NCBI GenBank assembly: GCA_029237775.1
Contig: JAQZBR010000003.1
Coordinates: 210,599 to 274,598 of the forward strand
DNA: 64,000 nucleotides
Reading direction: 5' to 3'
DNA from: Bacteroidota bacterium
GTDB taxonomy: Bacteria > Bacteroidota > Bacteroidia > 2-12-FULL-35-15
Shown: positions 19,590-30,287 of the stretch, in pieces
Numbering within the stretch: position 1 is the stretch's first letter
Layout of the letters: every line of letters begins with the position of its first letter
The notes under the pieces: model-generated
What the model saw: only the letters and a program-made list of their open reading frames with translations
Told to the model about the DNA's origin: nothing
Databases searched by the model: none
Program-made: the position numbers and the translations under genes

Positions 19590-19617
19590 AAAAAGCCCCT
19601 TATTATCGGGGCTTTTC
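19590..19617 (-). terminator. Terminator between PD40 paralogs 3 and 4
   Basis: aaaagcccc / ggggctttt stem plus A-run on +. Confidence 0.75.
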
Positions 19618-19634
19618 AAAACACTCTTTAATCG

Positions 19635-22061
19635 CTAGTAACCGGAGATCTTAATGTATTGATAACGCTCATATTTCTCCCTGTTCTGAAGGTAGTCAAC
19701 ACTATACTGAGGCCCACCCACAAGGCACTTGGTGCTTACTATGTTGATCTTGGATGCATCAACACCTTTTGCTGTTAATGCATCGAGGATCTGTTGTTTA
19801 CCTTTATCAGCTCTTGCTATGGATAATTCTTTATTTGATTTAAACGCACGTGTAGGGACCGTAGATGCGCTGGATTCTACTTTCAGATTGATTGAACCAT
19901 TTTTATTATAAAGTTCCATCAGATTATTAATGAACTCCTGGAATGGCTGATCATTCACGTCAATCTGAGCAATATTATATTTAAAGTTCATTTTGAAGTT
20001 CAGCTTATCAACTTCCGCGAGCTTTTCTTTCGGAGTGTTTGTAACAGGCTGAACACTTGCAACCGGTTTAGCCTTTTCCTTTACTTTAAACTTAACAGTT
20101 GTTGGTCCATTTGACGCTTGATATTTACCGGCTCCAAGGCTTTTGGTCTTAATTAAATTTCCCTTTGAATCTTTAAATTCAGCATAAGACTTTTTGCCAA
20201 TTTCGGTATCTTCCTCATCCAGTCCTACTACATAGTTTTCTTTAGGCGGGAGTTCGGAAAACAGGAACCAGCCCAATGCATCCGTTGTCGTTGTTTTTAT
20301 GATCTGGCCTTCTGAATTCATCAGGTTAACCTTCATGGTATTTAAAGGATTATTCTCTTTGTCAAAAAGCCTTCCGCCAACCGTAATATAGGAAACTTCA
20401 TTATTGGTTACCTTTTTGACACTGTCACTGCTATTAATAGTTACCGGTTGACCGAAATTAACACCTTTCAGCTTAACCTCCCGGTTGATTTCCTGGTAAG
20501 CAGCATCAGCAGGGACTTCCATTAATTCGGAATAAAACTCTTCTCCGTCCTGCTGATAAGAAAGTGTATAATTACTGTTTGGAGGGATAATAATAGTAAA
20601 AGAACCATCTCTGACAAGCGGCTTATAAACACCTGTAACAATACCTGTTTCATTATTTGTCGCAACAATTTCAAGATTTGGAGGAAGGGTGGTTCCAGCT
20701 GCAGGAATGATCACCCCTTTAATTAGAACAAGCGGCTGTTCTTTTCTTTCAGGAATACTGATCATGTAAATATCTTTCTCACCATATCCTTCTGCACGGG
20801 AAGAGGATGAATAATATCCGCGTTTCCCATCAGGGGAAGTTACATAAAATACGTCATCATCAGTAGTATTGATTGGGTATCCGATATTTAGAGGAGCATC
20901 CCATGAGTTCTCATTTCTGGTAGAGAAGAATATATCAAATCCTCCAATGCTCTGGTGACCTTTTGAACTGAAAAAGAGAACGTTACCGCTCGGGTGAATG
21001 AAAGGTGATTCTTCATCGTATACAGTATTAATAGGCGCTCCAAGATTCATTGCACGGCTCCATTTTCCGTTCGGAAGCTTAACGCATTTCCATATATCTC
21101 TTCCACCCATTCCTCCTTCTTTACGATCACTCACAAAATATAATGTATTCCCGTCAGGAGTAAGACAAGCACTCGTTTCCCAGCCGGGGCTATTAATATC
21201 AGACCCCATCTGTTGCGGGAAAGTCCAGTTATTACCTTCCAGTGTACTGAAATAAATATCCCCGCCATTACCATCCTTGTAGATCAAGAGTGTTTGAGCA
21301 TCAGCAGTTAAACCTACCGTTGCTTCGTGGGTAATAGAATTTACATTAGCACTGATCGAAGTTGGGGTAGTCCATGTGCTATCAGCTTTGCGATAAGAAA
21401 TGAATATATCTTCATAAAACTGATCTTCATCTGTTTTATCCCCACCGGTGCTACCAGGTCTGCGTGATGTAAATATCATAGTGTTTTCATCAGCAGACAA
21501 TACCGGGCTGTAATCAGGAAATGAAGTGTTAATGCTATCTCCAAGATTTGTAATTATAACCGGAATAGGTGCATTGACAAGTACTTTAGCGTTGTTACTG
21601 AGCTCAATATGGCGGTCAACATCCTTGATCATGTCTTCCTGCTTCGGTTTTAGGAAGGATTTAAATTTCTCATAATTAGCAATAGCCTCATCGAACTTGT
21701 AGTTCAAGTGAAGAGCTTCACCGTAATAATAATAAGCGTTAATAGGAGCTGCAACTTCGCGGGGCTCAAGATCCGTATACTTTTTTGAAGTGTTCTTAAC
21801 GGCCTTTTCCAGGTATGGTAATGCCTTGTTTTTTTCAGAGACCGTTTTCAAATAACAGAAGCCTAATTTGAAATTGACATTCGCACTGCTGGAATCTATC
21901 CGGTAAGCTTCCTGAAAATTTTTAAGCGCCCTTGCATAATTCCCTTCCAGAATCAGGTAATTCCCTTCGGTAAATTTATCTCTGTAATCCGATTTGTCCT
22001 GAGCTATTGTTAATAAACCGGTTGTTAAGAAAAGAAAAAGTAGAGTATAATATTTTTGCAT
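19635..22061 (-). CDS. TPR-PD40-beta-sandwich protein with atypical OmpA-like C-terminus (paralog 3 of 4)
   Basis: Signal peptide, TPRs, PD40 repeats, C-terminal ESSAS..P....N.ELS.ARA...GPQY. Confidence 0.8.
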   Translation of the reverse strand: MQKYYTLLFLFLTTGLLTIAQDKSDYRDKFTEGNYLILEGNYARALKNFQEAYRIDSSSANVNFKLGFCYLKTVSEKNKALPYLEKAVKNTSKKYTDLEPREVAAPINAYYYYGEALHLNYKFDEAIANYEKFKSFLKPKQEDMIKDVDRHIELSNNAKVLVNAPIPVIITNLGDSINTSFPDYSPVLSADENTMIFTSRRPGSTGGDKTDEDQFYEDIFISYRKADSTWTTPTSISANVNSITHEATVGLTADAQTLLIYKDGNGGDIYFSTLEGNNWTFPQQMGSDINSPGWETSACLTPDGNTLYFVSDRKEGGMGGRDIWKCVKLPNGKWSRAMNLGAPINTVYDEESPFIHPSGNVLFFSSKGHQSIGGFDIFFSTRNENSWDAPLNIGYPINTTDDDVFYVTSPDGKRGYYSSSSRAEGYGEKDIYMISIPERKEQPLVLIKGVIIPAAGTTLPPNLEIVATNNETGIVTGVYKPLVRDGSFTIIIPPNSNYTLSYQQDGEEFYSELMEVPADAAYQEINREVKLKGVNFGQPVTINSSDSVKKVTNNEVSYITVGGRLFDKENNPLNTMKVNLMNSEGQIIKTTTTDALGWFLFSELPPKENYVVGLDEEDTEIGKKSYAEFKDSKGNLIKTKSLGAGKYQASNGPTTVKFKVKEKAKPVASVQPVTNTPKEKLAEVDKLNFKMNFKYNIAQIDVNDQPFQEFINNLMELYNKNGSINLKVESSASTVPTRAFKSNKELSIARADKGKQQILDALTAKGVDASKINIVSTKCLVGGPQYSVDYLQNREKYERYQYIKISGY

Positions 22062-22201
22062 CTGTATCTGTTGAATGTGTTTAAAATCCTAAGAAAAAAG
22101 CCTTTAGGAGGTTTAAAAATCAAACAAAAATATTAAAATATAGGTAGTAAACCCCCCGGGGTATAAAAAGAAATTAACAATTAAAAGGGAATAGAAACCT
22201 G

Positions 22202-24481
22202 TTATTTGGATTCCAGGATTTTAAGCTCAACTCTGCGGTTCATTTGCATCCCTTTGAGATTTGGCTTTCCGTTTGAAAGCAAATTCTCCGCTACAGGCAT
22301 CGTTTCGCCATAACCCTTAGCAACAAGGCGTTTCGCGTCAATACCCTTTTTGGCAAGTGCTGTAACTACAGACTGTGAGCGAAGCTGGGATAATTTCATA
22401 TTTGCAGCATCGTTTCCTTTGCTATCTGTATGCCCGGCAACCTCGATCTTAAGTTCAGGGTAGTCATTCATCAGCTTTATCACCTTTTCTATCTCAAGGT
22501 TCGACTCTTTTCTAAGGGTTGCTTTGTTTGAATCGAAGAAAATATTGTTAAGAACGATCTTGGCTCCCGCCTTTACCTTTTCAAGGAGGATGTTTTTTGT
22601 CAGCGAAGAGAATTCCGGTTGCTTTGGCACATTCACATTTTCTGATTGGAAAAGATAGCCTTCAGCTTCGTAGGAAATATTGTAATTCTGACCCCTGTTA
22701 AGAACAAAGTAATAAGAACCTGAATCAGTAGAGGTGTAATAAGTATCGATGAGCTTACCGCTTGTATTGTCTTTAACAATGATCTTTGCCCCCGGTATTA
22801 TTTTATCATCCTGATTTTTGATAGTTCCGGCAACACTAATGGTACCAAGCACTTTGCTTTCCATATTGATCACCCGCATCAGAAGCTCCTTGTTGATCTC
22901 CTGGTATGTTGAGTTTGCAGGGATAGTTATGGTCTCGTTGACAGGTTGAAAACCTTCTGCTTCAAAACTTAAGTTATATGATTTTCCTTCGGTTCCAGCA
23001 TTTAAGATCATGATGTATTTACCTGTTGCCGAATTAGGTTTAATATCCTGAACCACCAGACCGCTCTCCATATCGGTGGCCATAATCTGGACAGCTCCGG
23101 GAGCTTTTGTTGACCCGTCAAAGGTTAAATACCCTTTCAATAAAGTTAAAGGCTCAACGATGCTTTGCTCATAATTCAGCATGTAAATATCTTTTTCCCC
23201 TTTACCGGTTGATCTCACGGAAGAAAAATATCCTCTTTTCCCATCAACAGATTGAACGTAAAAAATATCGTCATCGGGAGTATTAATAGGTGACTTGAGG
23301 TTTTGGGGGCTTGACCATTTGCCCTCGTCATCTTTAACCGCTTTAAAGACATCAAAGCCTCCCATGTTTTTATGGCCGGTTGAGCTGAAGAACAAAGTAA
23401 CACCATCGGGATGTATGAACGGAGCGTCCTCATCAAAGGCTGTATTTATCTGTGGGCCAAGATTCAGAGCTTTACTCCATTGCCCGTTCGGTAACTTAAC
23501 GCAACGCCAGATATCACGTCCTCCAAAGCCTCCTTCTTTTCGGTCGCTCACAAAGTAGATAGTAGTCCCATCAACCGTTTGTGTTGCATGCGTCTCCCAG
23601 GCGGGCGTATTAATATTTTCATTCATCGCGATCAAAGGACTCCAGGTTTCCCCTTCCAGATTGCTGTAATAGATATCACCACCATTTACTCCCCTGTAAA
23701 CAAATAATTGTTGTCCGTCAGCTGAAAGCCCGATATCCGCTTCGTTATCATTTGTATTGATATTGGTTCCAATTGTTTTTGGTGAACTCCATAATCCATT
23801 TGGAAGCTTAAGGCAGTAATAGATATCCTCGAAAAACTGATCGTTGTCGGTTTTGTCATTTCCTGTGCTACCAGGCCTGCGCGAGGTGAAAATTAGAGTT
23901 GATTCATCTGCCGAAATCACCGGGCTGTATTCCGGAAATTGAGTGTTAACACTATCACCCAGATTCATTATTGTGACTACAGCGGTATCTTTTATTAATT
24001 CAATTCCGGTATAATTGGTTTCAATCTGTTTATCCAGGTCTTTTGTAAGCTCTTTATTTTTGTCACCAACTATTTCCTTGAATTTGTTAAAGTAGGTGTT
24101 CGATTCATTGAAGTTGTACGCCAGACGGTAAGCTTCACCTGTTAAATAATAAACCATTTCAGGCGCATTCTTCTCTCTCGGTTCCATATCATTATAGTTA
24201 TGGCTTACATCGGTTAAAGACTTTTTGAGATAATAGAGTGCCTTGTTTTTTTCGTTTGCAGACTTTAAATAGCAATAACCGACCTTGTAATTGATATTGG
24301 CATTAGTAGAATCGATCTTATAAGCATCAAGGAAATATTTAAGTGCGAGTGGATAATTCTCTTCAAGGATAAGAAGGTTCCCCTGAGTAAAATATTCGCG
24401 ATACTCGGCTTTTGAACCTTGCGAAAAAACAGTATTGAAAATGCAAATAAAAAAAACAGATAAAAATAATTTCGACCTCAT
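22202..24481 (-). CDS. TPR-PD40-carboxypeptidase-regulatory-like-OmpA protein (PorE-like architecture, paralog 2 of 4)
   Basis: Canonical OmpA motifs LNNIFFD, AGHTD, N.KLSQLRS, GYGE..P, NRRVE. Confidence 0.85.
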   Translation of the reverse strand: MRSKLFLSVFFICIFNTVFSQGSKAEYREYFTQGNLLILEENYPLALKYFLDAYKIDSTNANINYKVGYCYLKSANEKNKALYYLKKSLTDVSHNYNDMEPREKNAPEMVYYLTGEAYRLAYNFNESNTYFNKFKEIVGDKNKELTKDLDKQIETNYTGIELIKDTAVVTIMNLGDSVNTQFPEYSPVISADESTLIFTSRRPGSTGNDKTDNDQFFEDIYYCLKLPNGLWSSPKTIGTNINTNDNEADIGLSADGQQLFVYRGVNGGDIYYSNLEGETWSPLIAMNENINTPAWETHATQTVDGTTIYFVSDRKEGGFGGRDIWRCVKLPNGQWSKALNLGPQINTAFDEDAPFIHPDGVTLFFSSTGHKNMGGFDVFKAVKDDEGKWSSPQNLKSPINTPDDDIFYVQSVDGKRGYFSSVRSTGKGEKDIYMLNYEQSIVEPLTLLKGYLTFDGSTKAPGAVQIMATDMESGLVVQDIKPNSATGKYIMILNAGTEGKSYNLSFEAEGFQPVNETITIPANSTYQEINKELLMRVINMESKVLGTISVAGTIKNQDDKIIPGAKIIVKDNTSGKLIDTYYTSTDSGSYYFVLNRGQNYNISYEAEGYLFQSENVNVPKQPEFSSLTKNILLEKVKAGAKIVLNNIFFDSNKATLRKESNLEIEKVIKLMNDYPELKIEVAGHTDSKGNDAANMKLSQLRSQSVVTALAKKGIDAKRLVAKGYGETMPVAENLLSNGKPNLKGMQMNRRVELKILESK

Positions 24482-24645
24482 AAATTTTTAGCAATAAACA
24501 CTATATACAAATATAAGATTTTAGACCAATCTTAGCTGAAATTCAATTTTTTTTCAGACAGCAATTGAACTTAAAAATATGAGCCAGGCGGAACAGGCCC
24601 TGCATGCGAGGCTAGCAGGCTCGCTAGCTTAACTGGCATAAAAAT

Positions 24646-26706
24646 TTACCTGATGCGGATTTTTATATACTGGTATTGTTCGTAGGTGGTTCTGTTTTGA
24701 ATGAAGTCATTATTATACTGTGGCCCCTGCACCTTTGCATCCGGAGTTTTGAAGTTTAATGAAGATTCTGCAAGCCCGGCTTTCTTCAATCCTGCTGTTA
24801 CTTTTTCCTTTGCATCCTGAGCTCTTTTCTGCGCAAGATTTTCATTTGTTGTAAATGTAGTTGTAGGAACATTCGATGCACTCGATTCAATTTCAATATT
24901 CAGTTTTGGGTTCTTTTTCAGGCATTCATTCACAGAAGCAATAAAGTCGATAAACTTTTTCGATTTTACATCTATTGATTTCTTATTATATCCAAAATAA
25001 AGTTCAAAGGAGCTTGTTTTAGGATCACAGACGGTCAGGTTAGCAAGCGAATCTTTGATACGTGAGCTGTCCGCAGAAGCAAGATCTGCACCATAAGGAA
25101 TTTCACGTTTAATAACCTGATATCCTTTTCCTTTCGATACGACTAATTCCTCTGACTTAAGAATCTTACCGTTCACCTCATAAACAATTTTATAAGTTTC
25201 GCCTACGGGTAAATTGGTTCCGAATTTTCCGGTAGAGCCATTGGCATTAAGGATCTGCAGGGTGTCGTTCGTCTTAGTATTTACAATAGATATATTGTTA
25301 TTGCTGATATCTTCTGTAGTGTTGTTGATGATCTTTCCGACAAGAATAGTAATGCTTCGTGGTTCAAACTCAGGATAGGAGATCATGTACACATCCTTTT
25401 CACCAAAACCGCCTTCTTTGTCTGAGGAGAAAAAGGCACGTTGTCCGTCAGCCGTAGTAATGTAAAATACATCATCGTCCGGTGTATTGATCGGATAGCC
25501 GATGTTTATAGGATCCGACCAGTTTCCATTCTCATCGTTAATGACAGATGAAAATATATCGAATCCACCCATTGATTTGTGGCCTTTTGATGAGAAGTAG
25601 ATTTGTTTTCCATCAGGGTGAATAAAAACGCCATCTTCATCATAAGGAGTGTTTATGGTCGCGCCCAGATTTTGAGCAGGGCCCCAATCACCATTTGGTA
25701 ATCTTAAACATTTATAGATGTCACGCCCTCCGGTTCCACCCGGTCTGTCACTTACAAAGTATAGAATTCTGTTGTCGGCACTGAAACAAGCGTGGGATTC
25801 CCAGGATGAAGTGTTGATCGGTGCTCCGATGTATTCAGGAATTGTCCATTCCTTGTTTTTGTATTCGCTGAGAAACAGGTTACCATTACCGTTATTATCA
25901 CGGTAGATCAACAGTTTTAAGCCGTCTGCAGAAAGATTAACTGTTGCTTCATGCCCTCCGGTATTGATATTGTTTCCTAGAGTTTTTGCTTTTCCCCATT
26001 TTTCAGTATTAGTATTCAGCTCTGCTGTAAAGATGTCTTCAAAGTACATCCCGTTCAGTTCCTTCACTTCGCTGTAACCGCCACTTCTACGGGTGGTGAA
26101 AATAAGAGTTTGTTCATCAAGTGACACTACAGGAGAATAATCCGGATATGCTGAGTTTACGCCTTCCCCGAGATTCGTAACGACAACTTTTTTTGGATCT
26201 TTGATCAGCTCTTTACCATTCTGACAGGTTTCAATATCATGATTGATCTCTGCAATATCATTTGCAAGTTTTGGGTCAGTTCCCAGCTCAGTCTTATACC
26301 TCTCATACATTGCAATTGCTTTGTCGAAATCATAATGAAGGTGGTAGGCCTTAGCAAGATAATAGGATGTAGAAAGTGGCGCTTGTTTTTCATTGATCTC
26401 TCCCTCTTCATATTTTTTAGCAATGTCCTTCATTGCTTCCTCCAGGTAGGAAATGGATTTCGTCTTGTAGGTCGCAGCGTTCAGGTAACAAAAGCCGATT
26501 TTGAATTTGAGGTTTGCGTTGCCTTTGATAGAATCAAGAGTGAGATAGAGTGGAAGGGCTGCAGTGTAGTTTTCGTTAGTGAAATAGTTTTCCGCATCAA
26601 TATACATTCGTTTGTAATCACCGTCAGGAACAGGTTGAATTATGGCCGCGAAGATCCTACCTGAGATCAGAATGATCAGGCAAAGCTGAAGGAAAATTTT
26701 TTTCAT
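24646..26706 (-). CDS. TPR-PD40 protein with atypical OmpA-like C-terminus (paralog 1 of 4)
   Basis: Signal peptide, TPR, PD40 repeats, C-terminal ESSASNVP...NENLAQKRA...GPQY. Confidence 0.8.
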   Translation of the reverse strand: MKKIFLQLCLIILISGRIFAAIIQPVPDGDYKRMYIDAENYFTNENYTAALPLYLTLDSIKGNANLKFKIGFCYLNAATYKTKSISYLEEAMKDIAKKYEEGEINEKQAPLSTSYYLAKAYHLHYDFDKAIAMYERYKTELGTDPKLANDIAEINHDIETCQNGKELIKDPKKVVVTNLGEGVNSAYPDYSPVVSLDEQTLIFTTRRSGGYSEVKELNGMYFEDIFTAELNTNTEKWGKAKTLGNNINTGGHEATVNLSADGLKLLIYRDNNGNGNLFLSEYKNKEWTIPEYIGAPINTSSWESHACFSADNRILYFVSDRPGGTGGRDIYKCLRLPNGDWGPAQNLGATINTPYDEDGVFIHPDGKQIYFSSKGHKSMGGFDIFSSVINDENGNWSDPINIGYPINTPDDDVFYITTADGQRAFFSSDKEGGFGEKDVYMISYPEFEPRSITILVGKIINNTTEDISNNNISIVNTKTNDTLQILNANGSTGKFGTNLPVGETYKIVYEVNGKILKSEELVVSKGKGYQVIKREIPYGADLASADSSRIKDSLANLTVCDPKTSSFELYFGYNKKSIDVKSKKFIDFIASVNECLKKNPKLNIEIESSASNVPTTTFTTNENLAQKRAQDAKEKVTAGLKKAGLAESSLNFKTPDAKVQGPQYNNDFIQNRTTYEQYQYIKIRIR

Positions 26707-26718
26707 ATATAGGTTCTG

Positions 26719-28053
26719 TTAAAACTCTCTGTTAATATCCCACTGCTCGAGATAATCTGCTACGCGTCTCACAAACTGTCCACCCAATGAACCGTCAACA
26801 ACCCGGTGATCATAAGAATGGGATAAATACATAAAATGACGGATACCGATAAGATCGCCATGCTCAGTTTCAATTACGGCAGGCTTTTTCTTTATCGCAC
26901 CCACAGCCATGATTGCTACCTGTGGCTGATTGATAATAGGCGTACCCATAACATTTCCGAACGATCCGACATTTGAGATCGTATAAGTTCCTCCGGAAAT
27001 ATCATCAGGGGATAATTTACCGGCTCTGGCACGACTTGCAAGGTCATTCACCTGTTTGGTAATTCCCACAAGATTCAATGTGTCTGCGTTCTTGATAACC
27101 GGAACGATGAGATTGCCTGTTGGAAGTGCTGCTGCCATTCCGATATTGATGTTTTTACGCTTAATGATCTTTGTTCCGTCCAGAGAAATGTTGATCATCG
27201 GAAAGTCCTTTATTGCTTTCACAAGAGCTTCAATAAAGATAGGAGTGAAGGTTAATTTTTCACCTTCGCGTTTTTCAAAATTCTTTTTTACTTTTTCTCT
27301 CCAGAGAACTATATTCGTAACATCAGCTTCAACGAATGAGGTTACGTGCGGTGATGTATGCTTGCTCATCACCATGTGATCAGCTATAAGCTTCCGCATA
27401 CGGTCCATTTCAATCACCTCATCACCTGCACCAACTGTAATCGCGGGTTTTTGATGAGCAGCGCCATTATTGGAAGGCGCAGGAGTTTCTTTAGCCTGAA
27501 CCTGTTGTTGTTGTTGTTGTACAGGAGCTTCTGATTTTTTCTCAGTCTGTTTTCCTTTATTCGGAACATAAGCAAGGATATCATTCTTGGTTACGCGGCC
27601 GTTGGCGCCTGTTCCCTGAATGTTATCCAGTTCAGACATAGAGATTCCTTCTTCTTTGGCAATATTTCTTACAAGCGGGGAATAGAATTTTCCTGAAGAA
27701 GAATTCTTGTCGATAGCAGCAACCTCTTTAACAGGTGATGCAGCAACTTCTTTTACAGAAGTGTTTGAAGCGGGAGTTTTCACTTCAGGAGCAGATTCCA
27801 CAGAAGCGTTTGCATCAGTGCTGATTATCGCGATTGCTTTACCAACCTGAACTACATCACCTTCATTAAATAAACGTTTTATTAATGTACCCTCTGCTGT
27901 AGAAGGGATTTCGGAATCTACCTTGTCTGTGGCAATCTCAAGAACTGTTTCATCAGCCGCAATTTTATCTCCTTCTTTTTTAAGCCATTTTATAATAGTT
28001 GCTTCTGCAACACTCTCTCCCATTTTGGGCATGATCAACTCAACTTGTGCCAT
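26719..28053 (-). CDS. 2-oxoacid dehydrogenase E2 dihydrolipoamide acyltransferase
   Basis: Lipoyl domain ATDKVDSEI, E3-binding GTGANGRVTKNDI, catalytic DHRVVDG; complex specificity not determinable by eye. Confidence 0.9.
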   Translation of the reverse strand: MAQVELIMPKMGESVAEATIIKWLKKEGDKIAADETVLEIATDKVDSEIPSTAEGTLIKRLFNEGDVVQVGKAIAIISTDANASVESAPEVKTPASNTSVKEVAASPVKEVAAIDKNSSSGKFYSPLVRNIAKEEGISMSELDNIQGTGANGRVTKNDILAYVPNKGKQTEKKSEAPVQQQQQQVQAKETPAPSNNGAAHQKPAITVGAGDEVIEMDRMRKLIADHMVMSKHTSPHVTSFVEADVTNIVLWREKVKKNFEKREGEKLTFTPIFIEALVKAIKDFPMINISLDGTKIIKRKNINIGMAAALPTGNLIVPVIKNADTLNLVGITKQVNDLASRARAGKLSPDDISGGTYTISNVGSFGNVMGTPIINQPQVAIMAVGAIKKKPAVIETEHGDLIGIRHFMYLSHSYDHRVVDGSLGGQFVRRVADYLEQWDINREF

Positions 28054-28221
28054 TGTATAATTAAATAATGTTTATTAGATAGTTTAAAGAGGGTACAAAA
28101 ATAAACTAATATTTCACATGTGAAAATTTGTTCGTTTTAGGTCCATGTTATTCGCCATTTTTTCAATCTGATATGTTGATGCCCCAGTCTGTTTATGACT
28201 TGATCAAGGAAAAAAGGCATT

Positions 28222-28259
28222 AAAAAAGCCCTGACGTTTGAATGTCGGGGCTTTTTTTT
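28222..28259 (-). terminator. Terminator after glyA
   Basis: aaaaaagccctgac / gtcggggctttttt hairpin. Confidence 0.8.
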
Positions 28260-29529
28260 AAGCGAAGAGCGGAAGGGTCTTCATCATTTTATTGACCTCT
28301 TTTTTCACTTCTGCGATAACCTTTTCGTTTTCTGCATTGGTGAGAACTTTATCAATGAGATTAACGATCTTCGGGATCTGCTTTTCCTTGATGCCACGAG
28401 TTGTTATAGCCGAAGTACCCACACGGATCCCCGATGTTACAAATGGTGATTTGTCATCAAAAGGCACCATATTCTTATTTACAGTAATATCAGCTTTCAC
28501 TAAAGTGTTTTCAGCAAGCTTTCCGGAGATGTTCTTTGAACGCAAATCAATCAGCATACAGTGATTGTCTGTTCCACCCGAAATAACTTTATAGCCTTTG
28601 TCCACAAAACATTGCGCCATCAATTTCGCGTTTTTCATTACCTGAATACAGTATTTCATATAGCTGTCTTCAAGTGCTTCACCAAATGCAACTGCTTTTG
28701 CAGCGATCACATGCTCAAGCGGCCCGCCTTGTGTTCCCGGGAATACTGCAGCGTCAAGCATCTGTGACATCATTTTGATCTCGCCTTTCAGTGTTTTTTC
28801 ACCCCATGGATTTTGAAAATCTTTTCCGATCATTATCATTCCTCCGCGAGGCCCACGAAGTGTTTTATGTGTTGTAGTTGTTACTATATGGCAATAAGGC
28901 AAAGGATCATTTAAAAGACCACGTGCAATAAGTCCGGACGGGTGTGAGATGTCTGCCATTAATAAAGCACCGACTTTGTCAGCGATCTTTCTGAATGTTT
29001 TGTAATCCCAATCTCTGGAATATGAAGATGCACCACAAATAATAAGTTTTGGTTTTTCTTTCATTGCGATCTCTTCAACCGTTTTCATATTTACTTTCCC
29101 GGTTTTTTCCTCCACTCCGTAAAAACTTGGTGCATATAGTTTCCCTGAAAAATTTACAGGCGACCCGTGGGTAAGGTGGCCTCCGTGAGAAAGATCAAAT
29201 CCAAGGATCTTGTCTCCGGGTTTTAAAACAGCAAGCATAACTGCTGCATTTGCCTGAGCTCCTGAATGAGGCTGTACATTCACCCATTCGGCATTGAATA
29301 ATTTTTTTGCCCTGTCAATTGCAAGCTGCTCAACTTTATCTACAACCTCACAACCGCCATAATATCTTTTGTTTGGAAGGCCTTCTGCATATTTGTTTGT
29401 AAGTACCGAGCCCATTGCTTTCATTACCTGATCGCTAACGTAGTTCTCAGAGGCAATGAGTTCGATGCCAACAGTCTGACGTTTTTTTTCTTCATTTATC
29501 AGGTCAAAAATTGCGGTGTCTTTTTTCAT
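28258..29529 (-). CDS. glyA: Serine hydroxymethyltransferase
   Basis: [45 protein letters not shown]. Confidence 0.97.
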   Translation of the reverse strand: MKKDTAIFDLINEEKKRQTVGIELIASENYVSDQVMKAMGSVLTNKYAEGLPNKRYYGGCEVVDKVEQLAIDRAKKLFNAEWVNVQPHSGAQANAAVMLAVLKPGDKILGFDLSHGGHLTHGSPVNFSGKLYAPSFYGVEEKTGKVNMKTVEEIAMKEKPKLIICGASSYSRDWDYKTFRKIADKVGALLMADISHPSGLIARGLLNDPLPYCHIVTTTTHKTLRGPRGGMIMIGKDFQNPWGEKTLKGEIKMMSQMLDAAVFPGTQGGPLEHVIAAKAVAFGEALEDSYMKYCIQVMKNAKLMAQCFVDKGYKVISGGTDNHCMLIDLRSKNISGKLAENTLVKADITVNKNMVPFDDKSPFVTSGIRVGTSAITTRGIKEKQIPKIVNLIDKVLTNAENEKVIAEVKKEVNKMMKTLPLFA

Positions 29530-29631
29530 ATCTAATAATGTTTTTATGAGGTGATATGTTGTGCCAAAAGATGTTTTATTTGGCAGTTTTTATGAGTTGT
29601 TAATTAAGAAACGCAAAAGTATGATTTCTTT

Positions 29632-30123
29632 CTAATTTACTGTTCTTGTCGGGTCTTTTTCTTTTTCCGCCAGTTTAAATAAAGGAATTAGTATCATCAA
29701 TATTACAGGAGATTGTGCGATGCCCATAAAATATCTGGCAAATTCATACATTTTTGCAGACGTACCGGGAAAAATTACTCCGGTAATGATAAAAAGCGCA
29801 GAGAACAGAGTGATAAAGAGGAAAGCCCAGATGGTGATTTTCTGAAAGAGAGGGGAATTGAAAATTACATTAATAGCATAAAGAGATATCAAAAGGTATA
29901 AGAAGCTAAAGATCATTGTAAATAACCATTTTAGATTCACGATCGTATCATACTCCAGATTTTTAATAAAATCTAGGTAGTATGGCATATCGTAATCCAT
30001 GTCTGCATCCCAGGCTTGCAACAAGGCATTAATGCTTTTAAATGTAGTCTCCCTGAAAAAACCGGTAAAAAGAATCAAAACAAGTATGCAAGAGAAATGA
30101 ATGTATTTGCGGGGAATTCTCAC
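29632..30123 (-). CDS. Exosortase-associated membrane protein (XrtX/XrtF-system type)
   Basis: Multi-TM; FRE..F..IN, KW..T..F, RYFMGIAQSP resemble (from recall) Bacteroidota exosortase-associated proteins. Start moved to GTG 30123 because a TACTTTTG box at 30128-30135 lies inside the longer ORF. Confidence 0.55.
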   Translation of the reverse strand: MRIPRKYIHFSCILVLILFTGFFRETTFKSINALLQAWDADMDYDMPYYLDFIKNLEYDTIVNLKWLFTMIFSFLYLLISLYAINVIFNSPLFQKITIWAFLFITLFSALFIITGVIFPGTSAKMYEFARYFMGIAQSPVILMILIPLFKLAEKEKDPTRTVN

Positions 30124-30287
30124 GTGGCAAAAGTACAAAACCAATGTATTTACGAAACATAAAAACCAATTTTAATTAATCTTACCAAAAGTTTAATTGG
30201 TCGGATTTCACTGGTATATTCTTTAAATTTTTACTATTTTTAACATTTACTAGACGGTGCACAGACCGGTCAAACAATTTTATTCAG

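Noticed and set aside
19509-19619. N-terminal extensions in the ORF track (also at 2219, 6142, 9540, 15591, 30144, 40437, 48854, 51630, 53336)
   Set aside because: They overlap terminators, TAnnTTTG promoter boxes or neighbouring genes; downstream starts give proper signal peptides or family N-termini
27502-27519. (CAA/CAG)n poly-Gln tract
   Set aside because: Short low-complexity stretch in the flexible E2 linker; in frame and unremarkable
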